NCBI GenBank assembly: GCA_051362555.1
Contig: CM120649.1
Location: forward strand, 5,270,001-5,334,000
Length of the DNA stretch: 64,000 nucleotides
Direction: 5' to 3'
Origin: Lingula anatina
Taxonomy: Eukaryota > Animalia > Brachiopoda
In this document: positions 13,163 to 26,339 of the stretch, in pieces
How positions within the stretch are numbered: the first letter of the stretch is position 1
Layout of the letters: every line of letters begins with the position of its first letter
Translations under genes and position numbers: made by a program
Notes under the pieces: generated by a model
Seen by the model: only the letters and a program-made list of their open reading frames with translations
What the model was told of the DNA's origin: nothing
The model's database searches: none

Positions 13163-16100
13163 TTATTCTTGATCCTCGATCACGTAAAGCATGTTGCGAT
13201 GGCCGTCCCAACATCTCTTGGACCCGTTGCCGTCGCATTCGTCGAAGTAATAGGCCCACTTGTTTCTGCGTTTGTAGGCCTTGACCCTCAAAGTGTGAGA
13301 GTGCCCCATGGACTCGCTTGTCAGCACATACATGTGCTTGCCTTGTTTCAGTTCCTAAAAATTATGAATCAAAATCAGTTTTTAAGAAATTTGACGATGA
13401 TACCATCTTTTTAGATATACAGTAAGGCATCTGTTTGAAATGTGTTTAAAATGACTGTTTCAAACCATACTCTGGCGACCAGAAACTAGTGTTTATCTTA
13501 AAACCCGACTGTGATTCTCAGAAGTTTTACTTTGGTTTAATAGAATTTAATCTTAAAAATCACAACAGCGGGCTAACAGATCCGCGGACTAAATATGGCT
13601 GATCCACTTAAAAGCCATACTGCTTATTCCCTGATGGCCTCCCCGCCTCCATACAGGCGAACGCTGCAGGGGCCTAGCAATTAAAACTCGGAGCCGATAA
13701 TTCATCAATTTGATGGCGGGTGTAGAGGCTGGGAGACCATCAGGAGATGGCCGATTTGCTTTTTTGTGGGGTCGGCCATATTTAGTCGGCGGATCAGTTA
13801 ATCCGTGAATCATCTTTTCTGAAGTCACTCAATGCGACCATACCTCGATGTCTTCAGCGGACAGACGGATTGTATGAGTGTGTTCGTTCCCACTCGGCGT
13901 GGAGGTTTCCAGGAGCATATCTGAGGCCACCGTCTTGTTGAGGTTGGCAAGCATGGTCGCGCTGACCCCGACCGGAAGTTCGTTGTACATGGAGAGGTAC
14001 CTGGGCTGTTCCATGACCAGGTCCTTCAGAGCCGCCAGTTCCTTCCAGGTAGCCTGGCCTTCAGCGTGGATAGGCATGACGGGGTACCTGGAATTTTTTG
14101 TGAGCATTACAACAATCATCTTGCTTCTTTGACTTTGTTTGGTAATGTTTTAGAGGTCAGATGAATGTGAATGGAACCCGCGCTTTGAGAGCCAGTAAGA
14201 CAATGGTTACATTAATATCATTTGTAGGTACTAGCATATCGAGTGTACTATTGCCACTAAAGGCGCATTCAGAAACAGTTGATCTTCGGACTAACTAGTA
14301 CGTGGATCAAATATGGCGTCACCTACTTGAAAGCTTGCAGAGATTAAATTACAGCGCGTTTTGGGGGCGGGAATCCACTATCATGTGCGCGCCATATTTG
14401 TTCTGCGGACTTGTTAGGCCGCGGACCAACCGGTTGTGAAAGCAGCCTAAGATAGTATATCACCCACAGCATAAGGACTTCCTTACCTTGTTCTTAGGCG
14501 GCCAATACCCTCTATTTCCGGCAGCACGATCTTAGTACCAGACGAGGCGACGCGGCGCACGACACCATTCTTGTCCAAGACGCCAACAATCCCTTTAGAT
14601 GTATCAGCAGAATCTTTTTCCGTGGTTGTCCCGGAGAAGAATTCGGCCGGGGTCTGGTAGTAGATTCTACTGGCAGTGCCGTTGAAAGCCCTGTCCTTTT
14701 CAAGGCCACCATTTCGCCCTCCATATGTCACAACACGGGCCCGTCTCGTTCCAGTTATCCCTTTGAATTCAATGTCATAAGGGTTCCAGCGATAGAGGGG
14801 CGTCATGTAGATTACTTCCAGCGGAACGGCGTAGGTCCATCTTTGAGTGTAGGTCTTGCAAACCCCCTTTTTGCAGGATTTGACAGTCATGGGGGCGATT
14901 TTAGGTTGGGTTGTCATGGCCATGAAAATATTGGCGTCGGCGTACCCACGATGTTGAGACGACGTGCCCATGGCGTCTCTATCGGTGGTTCGGAAATAGC
15001 GATGATAGTAGGCCACGTTTATGGGCTTGGAGTCTTTAGCGTAGTACTCATAGGCTGTGGATTCGAAGGCGTCGTCGGTCAGGTTCCCAGCATAGTTGTC
15101 TTTGCCTGGAACCTCTTCCATCAGTTGGTCTAAGAGGCCATAGCTTGAAGTGCGCTCGCTCCACGTGTTACTGTCGCGTGGGTTGATCTGGAAACGAGCG
15201 GCGCGAGACAAGGAGTGGACGCCGATTCTTCGTTTGTAGGACATACGTGCCGCCAGGTCGTCGACGACACGCAGACGATTCAGAGGGAGATCCCGTTTGA
15301 GAGGGTGGCATGCAATACGGTAGTTCCATTGCGCAACCTTGTCAGAAAATAAAAAAGAATGACAAATATTTGCCTATGTTGACAAACAATCCAATAATTT
15401 CTGAGCCCAAATTTAAAAGTGTAACAGCAGTTAAACGTCACAAAGCAAAAGTCTGCATAACAAAGATATTTAAAATAAATTTCGGGACATTTCACAAAAT
15501 TAATTCATTGCTTAATTACGTTAATCTGCAAAGTGTTTGGACATATGTTTTTCGTCAACAGGTGTGCTTCTCTCCCTTTTTACTGAATAGAATGCTGGAT
15601 CGCCTCCGACTCTATCCCAAAGGGGAAAACAGTATTTTCCTAATAGATATAAGGTGGGTTGTGGGTGGTAAGAACAAACTAGGAGCCCCCACCCTCATCC
15701 TGTTTTGAATTTCGGGATCCGACCACATTACCTGAGGAATGGTTCCGTTCAACAAGTTCATCACGGTGGTCGGCAGGTAGGCATAGTTCTCCAGGCTGCT
15801 CTTTCTGCCCGAATATGACGTGAAGCGGATCTTTTCCTGAAGATCGAACCAGCTGCTAGCATCGATGTGGTGACGGTCGCTGCTGAACGGCTCATCCAAG
15901 GACTTTGAGTTGGTTGTCCAGGCGCCTTCCAAGTAACACAGCGTGGGTTTGAAGTATGGCCTAAAATTGGAAACAAGCATTACATTTGGTTGTCATTGAA
16001 ATGCTTTTCATCGGGTCTGATTTAGTGGTTCTGACAAAGTTTGAAGTGTGTTTGCAATGGTGGGATGCAGACCTGCTGTAGGAACATAATGTCAAAGGAG

Positions 16101-19100
16101 TACCACAGAGACCCAGGTTTGGTTGTCCAGCAACGTTCTTACAGACAGCTGGCTAGAGGTCCCTTCGATATGATCTGTAATCAGTAATCAGTGAAACTTT
16201 TATTTAGTCTTTTTGTCTCGGTTCTAATTCTTTCAACCACTGCCTCTTTATTCTCCTTCGTCTTGCAACTCACCAAATTACCTATAAGTTCTTCAAATCG
16301 CGCTCTAGAAACATCCTGCAGTCTCTGAAACCACACCATCCCCTACCTGTAGTCTCTCTTTGAGTAATCCTGGTTGGCCCAAGCCTTGAACCACTCCCTC
16401 ATCTCAGTGATCTGCTCCTGAACGGTGGCCTTCTTCAGAACCGCTGGGGGCACTTCGGGGTAAGGCACGTCCTCCACGGCGTGGAACGTCGTCCTGGTAC
16501 GATGGGGCATCTTTAAGCCGTAATCGTTGTGGCGGGTACGAAATTCGACGCCGTTCAGGACGGCAATGAATTCTCCCATGCCTTAAAGTGGAGAGAGAAT
16601 ATAAGCAAATAGAGGCAGAAGGAAAACTGTCACATTACACGTGAATTAAACGAGCACAATATAGGAAAGACTGGATTAAGGCCGCTTGGTGCCCTGAGCA
16701 AGCCAAGCGCAACGGCCCATTACTCATTAAAATCCCTTGGTTTACACCTCTTTTACATTTTTCTATTTTTTAAAATTTTTATCTGGTATCCAATTGTCAT
16801 TTTCTTAATTTTTTCGAAACATCTCCCCTTTTTACCTCCGCCAAGGAGATTGTTTTCATCCCTGTCATCAATATAACTCAAAAAGTTATAAACTGATTTT
16901 GATGAAATTTTCGGGGTAGGTGGGAAATGGGTTAAATTAGAAGTGATTAGTTTTTGGTGGTAATCCGGATTAATAATCAACCAATAATAATACAAAATCG
17001 CTGCCTTGGCAGAGGTCTGCGCTCTCGGAGTGCTTTTCTGGTATATAAATATCTTCACACTGACAGCGTGGTGTTCGCTTGTAGTCTTCTTGTATAAATG
17101 AATCCCGCCCTGAATGTCCGTCTTACCGATAGTCCTGTAGTTGTTGTCGTGGTCGTGGACACTGAGGAAGCGGCTGCCTACATAGCTAGGTGCATGGTAA
17201 GCCTTGGTCCCTCCTGAATTCACTCGGATCTGTAACATAGAAGTAGCTGCCTGCATATTGCCAAGGTGTTACATGTCTGGGACCATCAACAAAAACTTTT
17301 TAACTTGTGTTGAAATACAATTTACTACAGACCGGCCCCGATTTACAGAGTGAAATGTATGCATCTCATCCACTGAGTATGGATATTAAGTATGCATGTA
17401 TTAAATGTGAACAACGTATCACTTATCATTCTTAACTCAACACCAGTCTGCATACGTCTGCCGTGTTGCATTTTTAGGAAACTTTTTTAGTAAAGCTAAC
17501 GACTTTCTTAATACACTTTACTCTACTGGTACATCAGAATAAAAGATGATTATTTCAGGTACGGAATCCTTTAGGTGTTCCGACGTCGCCGATTCGCAGT
17601 TGTTTATGGTCTTGGCTCGAAAGCTATTTTAACTAAACAAGTGCCTGGTGTTAAAGCCTACGTGGAATTATATGTATATGCTTTATAAAATTATGGGTAT
17701 CAGGACAATTCCCACGGACAATCCCCCCCCCCCCCCCGGACGATTCCCACCCGAAAGAATATATAGTTATATACAAAATATAAAGTAAAGAGTACAAATG
17801 TCAAATCGTTTCATCCATTTTATGAATATTTCTCAGTTTGATGATAAAATATCTGTTTACCTGTTTATCTTTTTACCCAACCTGTTCCTGAAGGATACCG
17901 GTGTAGATGGTTATACTTTGATTAGATGTTTAATAAAACTTTCTGTACTAGTACTAAATGAAAAAGGAATTTGTTAAAAGATAATTTGTTTCATGATGAA
18001 GTTGCATTATCATACTAAAATATTAATAAAATGGATGAAATGTTTTAAACTTTACACTTTTTCATTTTATTTGTGTAATAATAGATATTTCTTGGGGGGA
18101 ATCGTCCGGGGGGAATTGTCCTGGGGGGAACTGTCCGGGGGGGGATGGAAAATTGTCCTAGAATCAAATTTATGACAGTATCAGGCTAAACATGCTTTGT
18201 ATGTGTCAGAGAATTAAGCTCTCCTGGGTGGGAGATCGAAAAGAGAGGAGAGGAGAGTCGGGGCCATGCGGTGCGTTACTGTTTCAGACAGAGTGTGGAA
18301 GCGTTTTAAGCGCTGGACGTTGTAATTAGTAGATTTACTGTTGGAATAGACTGTGTTGATGTTCACTGATGTGCACTGAATGCTTTGATACCATAAATGC
18401 ACCAAGTTACGGCATAAACTAACCAAGATAGGAATCGGCGGCAAGTACACGTGCACCTCTAGGTAGATCACAATCCGCTAGGGGCGCTACAGTCGTAACT
18501 GTCCACGGGCAGTGAAGTGTTAAACTGAAGTCGGCCTGCTGACAGTTCGCCTATGGAACCCCTTTTTTAAATCTCTCTTTTAGCGCTGCGTAAAAAAACT
18601 AATACAAGCCATTAACTAAATAAGTTGTAAATCAAAGAGTAAAATCCGGTCACATGATTTTCCCATGTTGCAGTCTTTGACAAGTTTCGGTTCTGCTTGT
18701 TTTAAGTTTTGCCTCTACAAAATGCTAAAAAATTTCAGGTAAGTGCTGGTATCATCTTTTTGAAATTTATATCCAGCAAAGTTTATGAAATTTGCTATAT
18801 TATGTAGAAAAATCATGAAATTTGAAGGTTGCGAAGTATAGTTAATTTAATCCGCAATATTACATGATGTGAAAATTACCACAGGGAAATAGCTCTGCCC
18901 TGATTAGTCACAGGCTATGTGAGCCAGACAATAGGCTGAGCACACAAAGACACACAGGGTGCTCTGCTGCGCCTGAGTGATCACTGCTGGTCAGTGGGCA
19001 CAGGTTTTGAGCTGAGAAGTGTGGACACTTTTGGTGGATTTTTGCAGTTAAAAAAACTTCAATATCTTTGTTGCTTGTAGGAATATTTAAAAAATTCCAA

Positions 19101-21167
19101 ATGATTTCATCCGGTTTTTGCATTACCTTTCAGATGATATAAGTATTTTAATTTTCTGATCAGTTTGAAAATTTTTCTGATATACCTAGCACCTCTCTGT
19201 TACATTGCATTAGTTACTGTTACGTTATGTAGGGGCCTACTGTGATAATCTGGAAACTGATCTTTATTCAGTGGAAATCTTAAAATTTCGAAAATAATAA
19301 AGGAGACATTCAGAACATGTGCAAATGCGCTGTTGTTTTTCCTGACAGTATGCATAAGACTAAGGTGACAGCACACGGTATATTATTCCCAAAGTTGACT
19401 GAAACATCATGGTACTGCCTTTAAACGTCTTAACTGATCTACAAGTGTGCCTTATGTAAGACCACAGATCAGAACAACTGTAATAGACTATAAATTTTAA
19501 AAACCGATCATGACGTTGAAATGACCGTGTGAAAACTAGCATGTGTTTTACGTGATATGTTTTAACGTGACGCAGTAGCGGGCGCGTTCGTGTTAACGCC
19601 ACCCCAGGCGTCTGTTATCTGTTTAATCTCTGTATCATGTTCACCTGTTTGATACCGGAGTCTCCCTCGGATCGAATGCGCTCCTCCATGTTCAGCTGTT
19701 GTAACATCAGCTGTCTGGAGAGGGTACCAATGGTCCCAGTCATTTCCTGCAAAATAAATGATAATTAGTGGAGAAGGAATGTATTTGCCATATCACCCAA
19801 ACCCAATATAGAGGTGCATTTCACATGCTAAAGTGTCAAAAAATAAAAAAATGAAAGCAAAATTGTATTCAATATTTCAAAACATACATGTGTATAGAAC
19901 AAAAATCCACGACTGTCTCAACTGAAATTCAAATTTTTAATTTTTACCATGTCTTTAACATTACGCAAAGAGCCTTATATGGTAACGTATGTTCCAAAAC
20001 GTACGATAACGTATGTTCCTTGCCAGTGGTTCAGTTATGGTAAATTAGACACGAAGTAAGGACGTTTTTATAAATATTTTAACTGTATTTCAAGGGGCTT
20101 TGTGTCATGGCTTACACAAGGTAACGTATGTTCCCTAGAAAAATTGTAAAAATGTTTCATTTTGTTCAAGTACTTGTGTCCAAGAGATACAATGTTTTCT
20201 TTTGCTGACCGAACAATTTATTGTGGTTCCATGATAGCTTGACATTTCTGATATATTATTTGGATCATGAAGGGAAAAAATTTATTTAATGCTTACTTTA
20301 CTGTCGGTAGGGTGTATTTCCCCCATTTTTTAACATTCTGTGACAAGCAAACTAAAGACGCTCAAAAACAATTAACTGCTCTATACAGAAGATTATTATA
20401 ATTTTAATCAATGAACAAAACCAGTGATGACTGAATTTTCAAAGTGAGTAGAACGTTTCACAGTTGGACGTTTTGTATTTGTGACAGTAACGTATGTTCC
20501 TTTTTGCGCTTAAACGATGAATTATTTTTAATTATTCATGGTTCCAGGAGAGTAAAACTTTTATAAATGCTTCTACCCTAAAATAATCAAACACAGTTAG
20601 CAATCTGTGCAGTAAATATTTTAATAACATACTTGTGACATCAATTGCACCTCTATATTGGGTTTGGGTGATATGCCAAATTCAAACAAGAGAGTGAGAG
20701 TGAAAGAGAGAGAGATAGAGGGAGTGTGAGAGGCTTAGAGGGAGAGAAAGAATCTTGTTTATTACAACTGTTTATTTTAACTGGCATAAAACTAACCAAG
20801 ATATTCAAGCTAGAAAAAAACTGCTGTGTTTTCAAAATAGATCACAAGACTGCACTCTAAATGGATTTGTTTCTTGCAACTGTTTCTTTTAATTGGCATA
20901 AAACTAATCAAGACATTAAACCTAGAAAATAAATTCTAAGTAAGTGTCCACTCTAAATCACTATGCTGCAATACAATTTTCTCTAGATTTAGCTCAACGG
21001 CAAATTCATACATAACGCACACCATCAGATCGCCATACCTCCACAGTTTTCTTCAATTCATTCATTTGGTCCACGACACTTTCCAGTGTTGGCGGGGCCT
21101 TGGTGGTCACTGGTTTCCTGGCCGCCTGGGCCATGGCCAGCACTACACACAACGCCAACAGCTTCAT
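13163..21167 (-). CDS. Uncharacterised secreted protein (694 aa), copy A, 8 coding exons
   Basis: Exons 21167-21039, 19746-19645, 17229-17127, 16581-16347, 15960-15732, 15337-14487, 14087-13844, 13354-13163. All GT-AG, phase-consistent, 2085 nt open. Signal peptide MKLLALCVVLAMAQA, a coiled-coil-like N-terminus, motifs SVHDH..GMGEFIAVLNGVEFRTRHNDY and WTYAVPLEVIYMTPL, and C-terminal HTH/HSH/CWDGH. Confidence 0.92.
17696..18165. mobile_element. Mutator (MULE)-like MITE, copy A only
   Basis: Imperfect TIRs GGTATCAGGACAATT and AATTGTCCTAGAATC. The 9-bp flanks AAAATTATG/AAATTTATG collapse to a single AAATTTATG at the copy B empty site (~36564). Confidence 0.75.
18204..19347. mobile_element. Probable solo LTR (possibly with a nested MITE), copy A only
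   Basis: Ends TGTCAG and CTGACA with a perfect 5-bp TSD GTATG (18199-18203 and 19348-19352). The copy B empty site has a single GTATG (~36604). AATAAA lies near the right end. Confidence 0.7.
19789..20675. mobile_element. Non-autonomous TIR element (~890 bp), copy A only
   Basis: Perfect ~30-bp TIRs CATATCACCCAAACCCAATATAGAGGTGCA and TGCACCTCTATATTGGGTTTGGGTGATATG. Absent at ~37025 in copy B. Internal (G)TAACGTATGTTCC motif occurs 4 times. Confidence 0.8.
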
Positions 21168-23893
21168 GGTGACAAGGATGAACCTAAAACCAGTCGGTTA
21201 TAATTATCAGGGGCGGATCCAGAGATATTTTCTGACTATCTTCCAAATTATATTTGTTGATCCATCCTCCATTTTTGATTGTCTTCAGACACAGAAAAAT
21301 TAGATGACCGTTAATGTAAACTTGAAAAATTCTGACTGTCTTCCGGAAGCCCCAGAAGACGGCTTCTGTCCGCCATCGAATATAATAACTGAGATGTTTC
21401 CGTAAAACTGAATTACCGCTGGATGAGTGAACCTACTCGTGGTCCAATCATCTCCATCCTTCATACATAGATTGGCGAGCGAAGACCAGATTTTATAAAT
21501 ATATCTGATAAATAAGATTACTACATGTAAATAAAGACGTACAACGAAATATAAAAAACCATACATAAGGCTATTATGTTTGTGGCCATCTCTGCTTTGG
21601 TGACAATTCCAAAAGTTCATTAACGATGTAAGAATTAGATAAGAAAAGTTGGCAACATTATGATATACTGAGTGTGCATTGAAAGCGAAAGCACACATCA
21701 AGTGTGAGCAATCTTGATATTTGAATGAATAAATAAACAAAAATATAGAAAAAGAATCTTCTGACGGCAAGTCACAACTGTTTTTTACATTCGTCTTTAT
21801 GCAAATATACCTCACGTTCATGCTTTTTAGAAACAATGGTTGATCTCCCGGCTGTCTGTCTCACAAAAAATTTTTAGTCCAAAAGGCCTGCTACTTTATC
21901 TAGAGCTAAATAATGAGCCAAATTACTCGTCTAAACATTTAGACCAGGTTTCGCTGTTACGTTATTTTGTGAAACCGTCATTGGCCCTGTTATGCTTTTG
22001 CTATTTCATATATAACAAGCATATTTCAGCATATCTGAACAGCCTCAAACTTACGTGGATCACGGCAGCTACACCAGTCGTCGAACTGAGCTCAGCATGT
22101 CACACACACATATATATATATATATACCGCAGTCTGCCGACTTCGGGCAATTCCGTTCTGCGCCAACGTATCACTTATCATTCACGATGATTGGTCATTG
22201 GAGATACGGAATCAGCCGAGTGGCCATGACATGACACACGATAAAAATATTGTGTTATAGGACAAAGGCGAAAAATCAGACCACGTGCGTGAAAGCAACA
22301 GATGCGAAGAGGAGGAAGGTCTCGGCACATGAGGAAGGGGGGGGTCAATTTATTTCAAAAGATAACGAGTATGAGTTACAGATTGAATTAAGGTCACCAC
22401 GATGTTTCGCTGGTAATACTGGAAATTGGACTCCCCAGCTTTTTCCAAACACTTGCCAATTTTATATTCATTTGCAAATTAAAATGAAATGTGTAACAGC
22501 AATCTTGTGTTGTCGATTTTGAGCCTCAGGAGTAGGCATCGCTCAAGTCGCCATTCAACAAGTAACTTTTTAATGAAATTGTTATTTTCAGGTATGGTTC
22601 TTTAAGTGATAACAAATATGCCAATGTATTTAATAAAAGACAAGTATCATTCCTTTTACAGGACATGATCTGGTTTAAACTGGTCTTCTCAAGTAAGTTA
22701 TCTGGATTGTCAGTGATCTAGTTCAAACCTGTCATGTTTAGCCAGATTGGCAGGGGGATTGATGGCCTTTTCTTTTAAAGTTCACACGAATAACGCCTTA
22801 AGAAGAGATGAATCCATTCTGGAGTTGTTTACAGATGTTCATAGTAGACACCTCACGTGACAGCATGTTTATAACAATAAAAATTAGCTTTACACTTAAA
22901 ATGTGAATAAAATAGAACGTTGGAAGATCATATGAGAATTAATTGAGAATAAGTGATATTAAAAATGATACATTTTTATTGAAATACTTGAACTTAAATT
23001 AAAAAAAAAATCACTGGTTAATTAGTACTCAACACGGCCAATTTAAGCGTGATTATTAGAAAAGATACAACAGTTATATTATTTCCACCCATCCCAAAGG
23101 CAACAAAACAAATGCCCCGCCAAACGTTGACTTGCATAAAGTGACATTTTATGGAATTCTTGTTGAGATAACACATTCTGCGTTAAAAAAATAAAACGCT
23201 TATCGTTTTGTCAAGGCTTGCTTTTATTACTTTTTAATAAAAAATGCTTCCTTTAAGATGCATGAAAAATCCATGAATTGTTTAACCTGCTTACTTAATA
23301 AAGGTCAAAGTAGTAGCAGCGTATTTTGCTTCGGGTATAATTTGGTAGGAACCTGGTAAAGTAAAGGTAAGAGATATACGCTGTTGCAAAGGGTGACAAA
23401 AAATGACATTTGTTGATTTTGCGACAAATATTCAAATCGGATTCCTACAACTGAACCATGTGACAGATCTTCGGATTGATAACATTATAATATTTATCAG
23501 TTATATGTCAATGGCATCACATGTTGACTAAGAGCCAGGAACAGTGCAGCACACGAATAACTATGAACTTTGTTGGCGGAATGCTGTTCGCAGTCTGAAC
23601 GCTGCTTAACACAATTTGTTCGGCGAAGACAATACACAACCAATTACCATAAGGTCCCAAGCACAGTCTTATCTTCTCTATGGTCATTAAACAAGGTGTA
23701 CACGTATTAGCCAAACAACCAAGACCAATGCTACACGTACACTCTAATTCTTATTAATCATGCAGCAAGGTAAACCAAATGGGCCATCAACCAACAACAA
23801 GCACGCAAGCAATGATAATTCATTTTTCGGGCTGCTTAAAAAACCTGAGCTTTTCTTTTCCTCGTAATCATTCAACGCATAGGAAAGAATCAT

Positions 23894-23923
23894 CCAATAC
23901 GCGACAAACACGATTCTATAAAA
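23894..23923 (+). promoter_or_regulatory. CCAAT and TATA boxes of the Gly-rich gene
   Basis: CCAAT at 23894 and TATAAAA at 23917-23923, ~105 nt upstream of the ATG at 24026. Confidence 0.55.
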
Positions 23924-24025
23924 AGGTATTTACAGTAACGTGGCCCGCATTCGCTTTTAATAGACCTCCACGATACCTGAAAAGACCCAAGTCCGTTTTT
24001 CCTTCCGTAACCTTCAAGATTCCCA

Positions 24026-24466
24026 ATGTGGAAGATTGCGTTTATTCTCATGGTGGCGGCTTTACCGGTCATGTCGCAAGAGTCTTTCAGCTATTCCTTC
24101 AGCACTGACGCTGAGGGGAATGTTGTGAGTTCAAGTTCTAGCAGCGATGGTCCCAGGGGTGCGGCCGCAGGGGGTGGTAGCGTCGGCACCCAGAGCGCCG
24201 GACGGGGTCCTGGCGACCCTATCATCATAGATAACGGGCAACCTCCAGAAGGTCCAGGACAAAGTGGGCGACCCGGGCAGGGAGGCAACGGTGGTGGTGA
24301 CGGTGGCGGTGGTGGGCGTGGCGGCAGCGGTGGTAGCGGCGGTAGCGGTTTTGGAGCTGGATTTGGTCAAGGAGGCGGAAGCGGCGGCGGCAGCGGCGGT
24401 GGTGGTGGCAGCTATGTTGGCAACGGTGGAGTACCCCCGGGCTTTACCTCCCTCGAGGTTGAATAA
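24026..24466 (+). CDS. Secreted glycine-rich low-complexity protein (146 aa), single coding exon
   Basis: Signal peptide MWKIAFILMVAALPVMS followed by Ser-rich and GGS/GGG-rich sequence. GC-rich coding-like composition in AT-rich flanks, with an upstream TATA box. Confidence 0.85.
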   Translation: MWKIAFILMVAALPVMSQESFSYSFSTDAEGNVVSSSSSSDGPRGAAAGGGSVGTQSAGRGPGDPIIIDNGQPPEGPGQSGRPGQGGNGGGDGGGGGRGGSGGSGGSGFGAGFGQGGGSGGGSGGGGGSYVGNGGVPPGFTSLEVE

Positions 24467-25124
24467 CACATGTTGCCGGTCGACAAATCAAACATTTGTC
24501 AGTTCTGTTATACATGTAGCTGATGCCGTAAAATTGCAGTGCACTGCATCTCTTTATCTGCTTCTTTTGCAGAAATAGGATAAGGGGGTGGGGGGGCTAT
24601 TGGATCAAAGTCTAAAATTATATGAAATTCAACTTGGTCCACACATAATGCAGGGTTTTCTTGTCCGTGAAGGCGGAGTAATCGTCACAAATGCATGCGA
24701 CGTGCGCGTCGTCACGCCCCACTATAAAACACAAATGAGTGGAAATAATCACAATTGCACTAACATCATTTTGATTACACCGAAATGGTATTCAACGACC
24801 ATGAAGGTTTTTATTCCGTTTTGGAAATTAACGGTTAATGAATTGATGCTTCGGTGGCAATAAAAAGTGATCCTGGCAACATATGACAGTCGCTGTTTCA
24901 ATTGGGCAATAATAAATTACGTGAATCCCTTTTTTTTTCTCTAATAAAGCATTTATTGTGAGTAGATTTACTTTAATCATATCAATGCGTCCTGTTTGAT
25001 TTGGATTTTCGGTAGATCTCAAAGTTCATATGGGATCTGTGAGTAAAAGTTTGCATTCTAGAATGGTATAAAGTGATCTCAATTTATTCCATGGGAACCA
25101 ATGAATTATGTGTATCACCATCTA

Positions 25125-25197
<73 letters not shown>

Positions 25198-26124
25198 CGT
25201 GTGTGTATGTTCGTGTGTAAAGACCTTGTCTTAAAATCTATACTTTTTATGCTTGCAGTCTGTAATTTTCGCCTCTTTAAAAAAAAAGTTTATACCCGTA
25301 ATTTCACAAAAGAAGGACAGCACACAAACCATTTCTCCTACCGATGCAAAAACAAAAGTGAGAATAAGCCATGTCAGGTAGACCTACAATGTTCATGTAT
25401 TTCATGAGAACCCGTCAACACACGAAAAAGGTACCCTCTACTAGGGCCGCAGTTATTATTGTGGACGTATTTTAGATATTAGCCATCTATTTAACCAGAG
25501 ACATATCTGTTAATATCAAGTGAAAAATCAATCTGTGGCCCTGGTAGAGGGTACGGAAAAGGATAGCCCTACATGCATCAGTTGTGAGCAGCTTCATAAC
25601 GTTTTCTCTCTCTGTATTAGAACTGCGCAGTTGTAATTTAAACACACGATCCCCATCATCTACCATACCCACTGTTATGCTAGTTTAGCTAATTACTGTA
25701 TTAGTATAATAAGCATAATAATAATCAGATCCGGGATTAGGGATAGAAATATACACATACTAGTATATTTAAACTGTTTCACTGCGAAACCAGCGTATTT
25801 CTCGCAGAGGACGAGAAAACCAGGTAGGCTATACGATTAAATGTATTCTTTGTCTATTCTTTTCACAGCATCCGAAGCAGTAATTTTTTATAATGTCGTT
25901 GTGCAAGAGCATACTTAGAAAACAAAATCATTCGGCCTGCTTTTGTTTCAGTGGATGTCGATACTGTAAATATCAAAACTCCAGAATTGTAATTTTTTGC
26001 CAAGCGTGGAAAATCTTGCGTGTATTTGTGATTAAAATGTTTTGATAAAGTAGCACATACAGGTATATATAGTACATGTATAACTATTTTATAATTCTTT
26101 TAGGAGAGAGAAAACTGAGATAAA

Positions 26125-26210
26125 ATGAACAGAGTGTCAGCCATCATTTACCTGGTGGCGGTGGCGATCGCCACGCGGGAGATGTTGTTTGTCCAAGCTG
26201 GTAAGAACAT

Positions 26211-26251
<41 letters not shown>

Positions 26252-26293
26252 TGTTTTCTCTATTCATTTAGAATGTTCACTAATGTCTGAGTG

Positions 26294-26339
<46 letters not shown>

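Larger units (their letters stand above)
1..23050. repeat. Segmental tandem duplication, copy A (left end outside the window)
   Basis: Colinear with 26210-39370 from the opening (CT)n/(GT)n microsatellites through to ATTTTTATTGAAAT..GAACTTAAA (~22975 vs ~39275). It is longer than copy B because of copy-specific insertions. Right boundary is approximate. Confidence 0.95.

Noticed and set aside
24091-24578. Overlapping Ala/Val/Thr-rich ORFs
   Set aside because: Alternative frames of the GC-rich Gly-rich gene, with no independent support.
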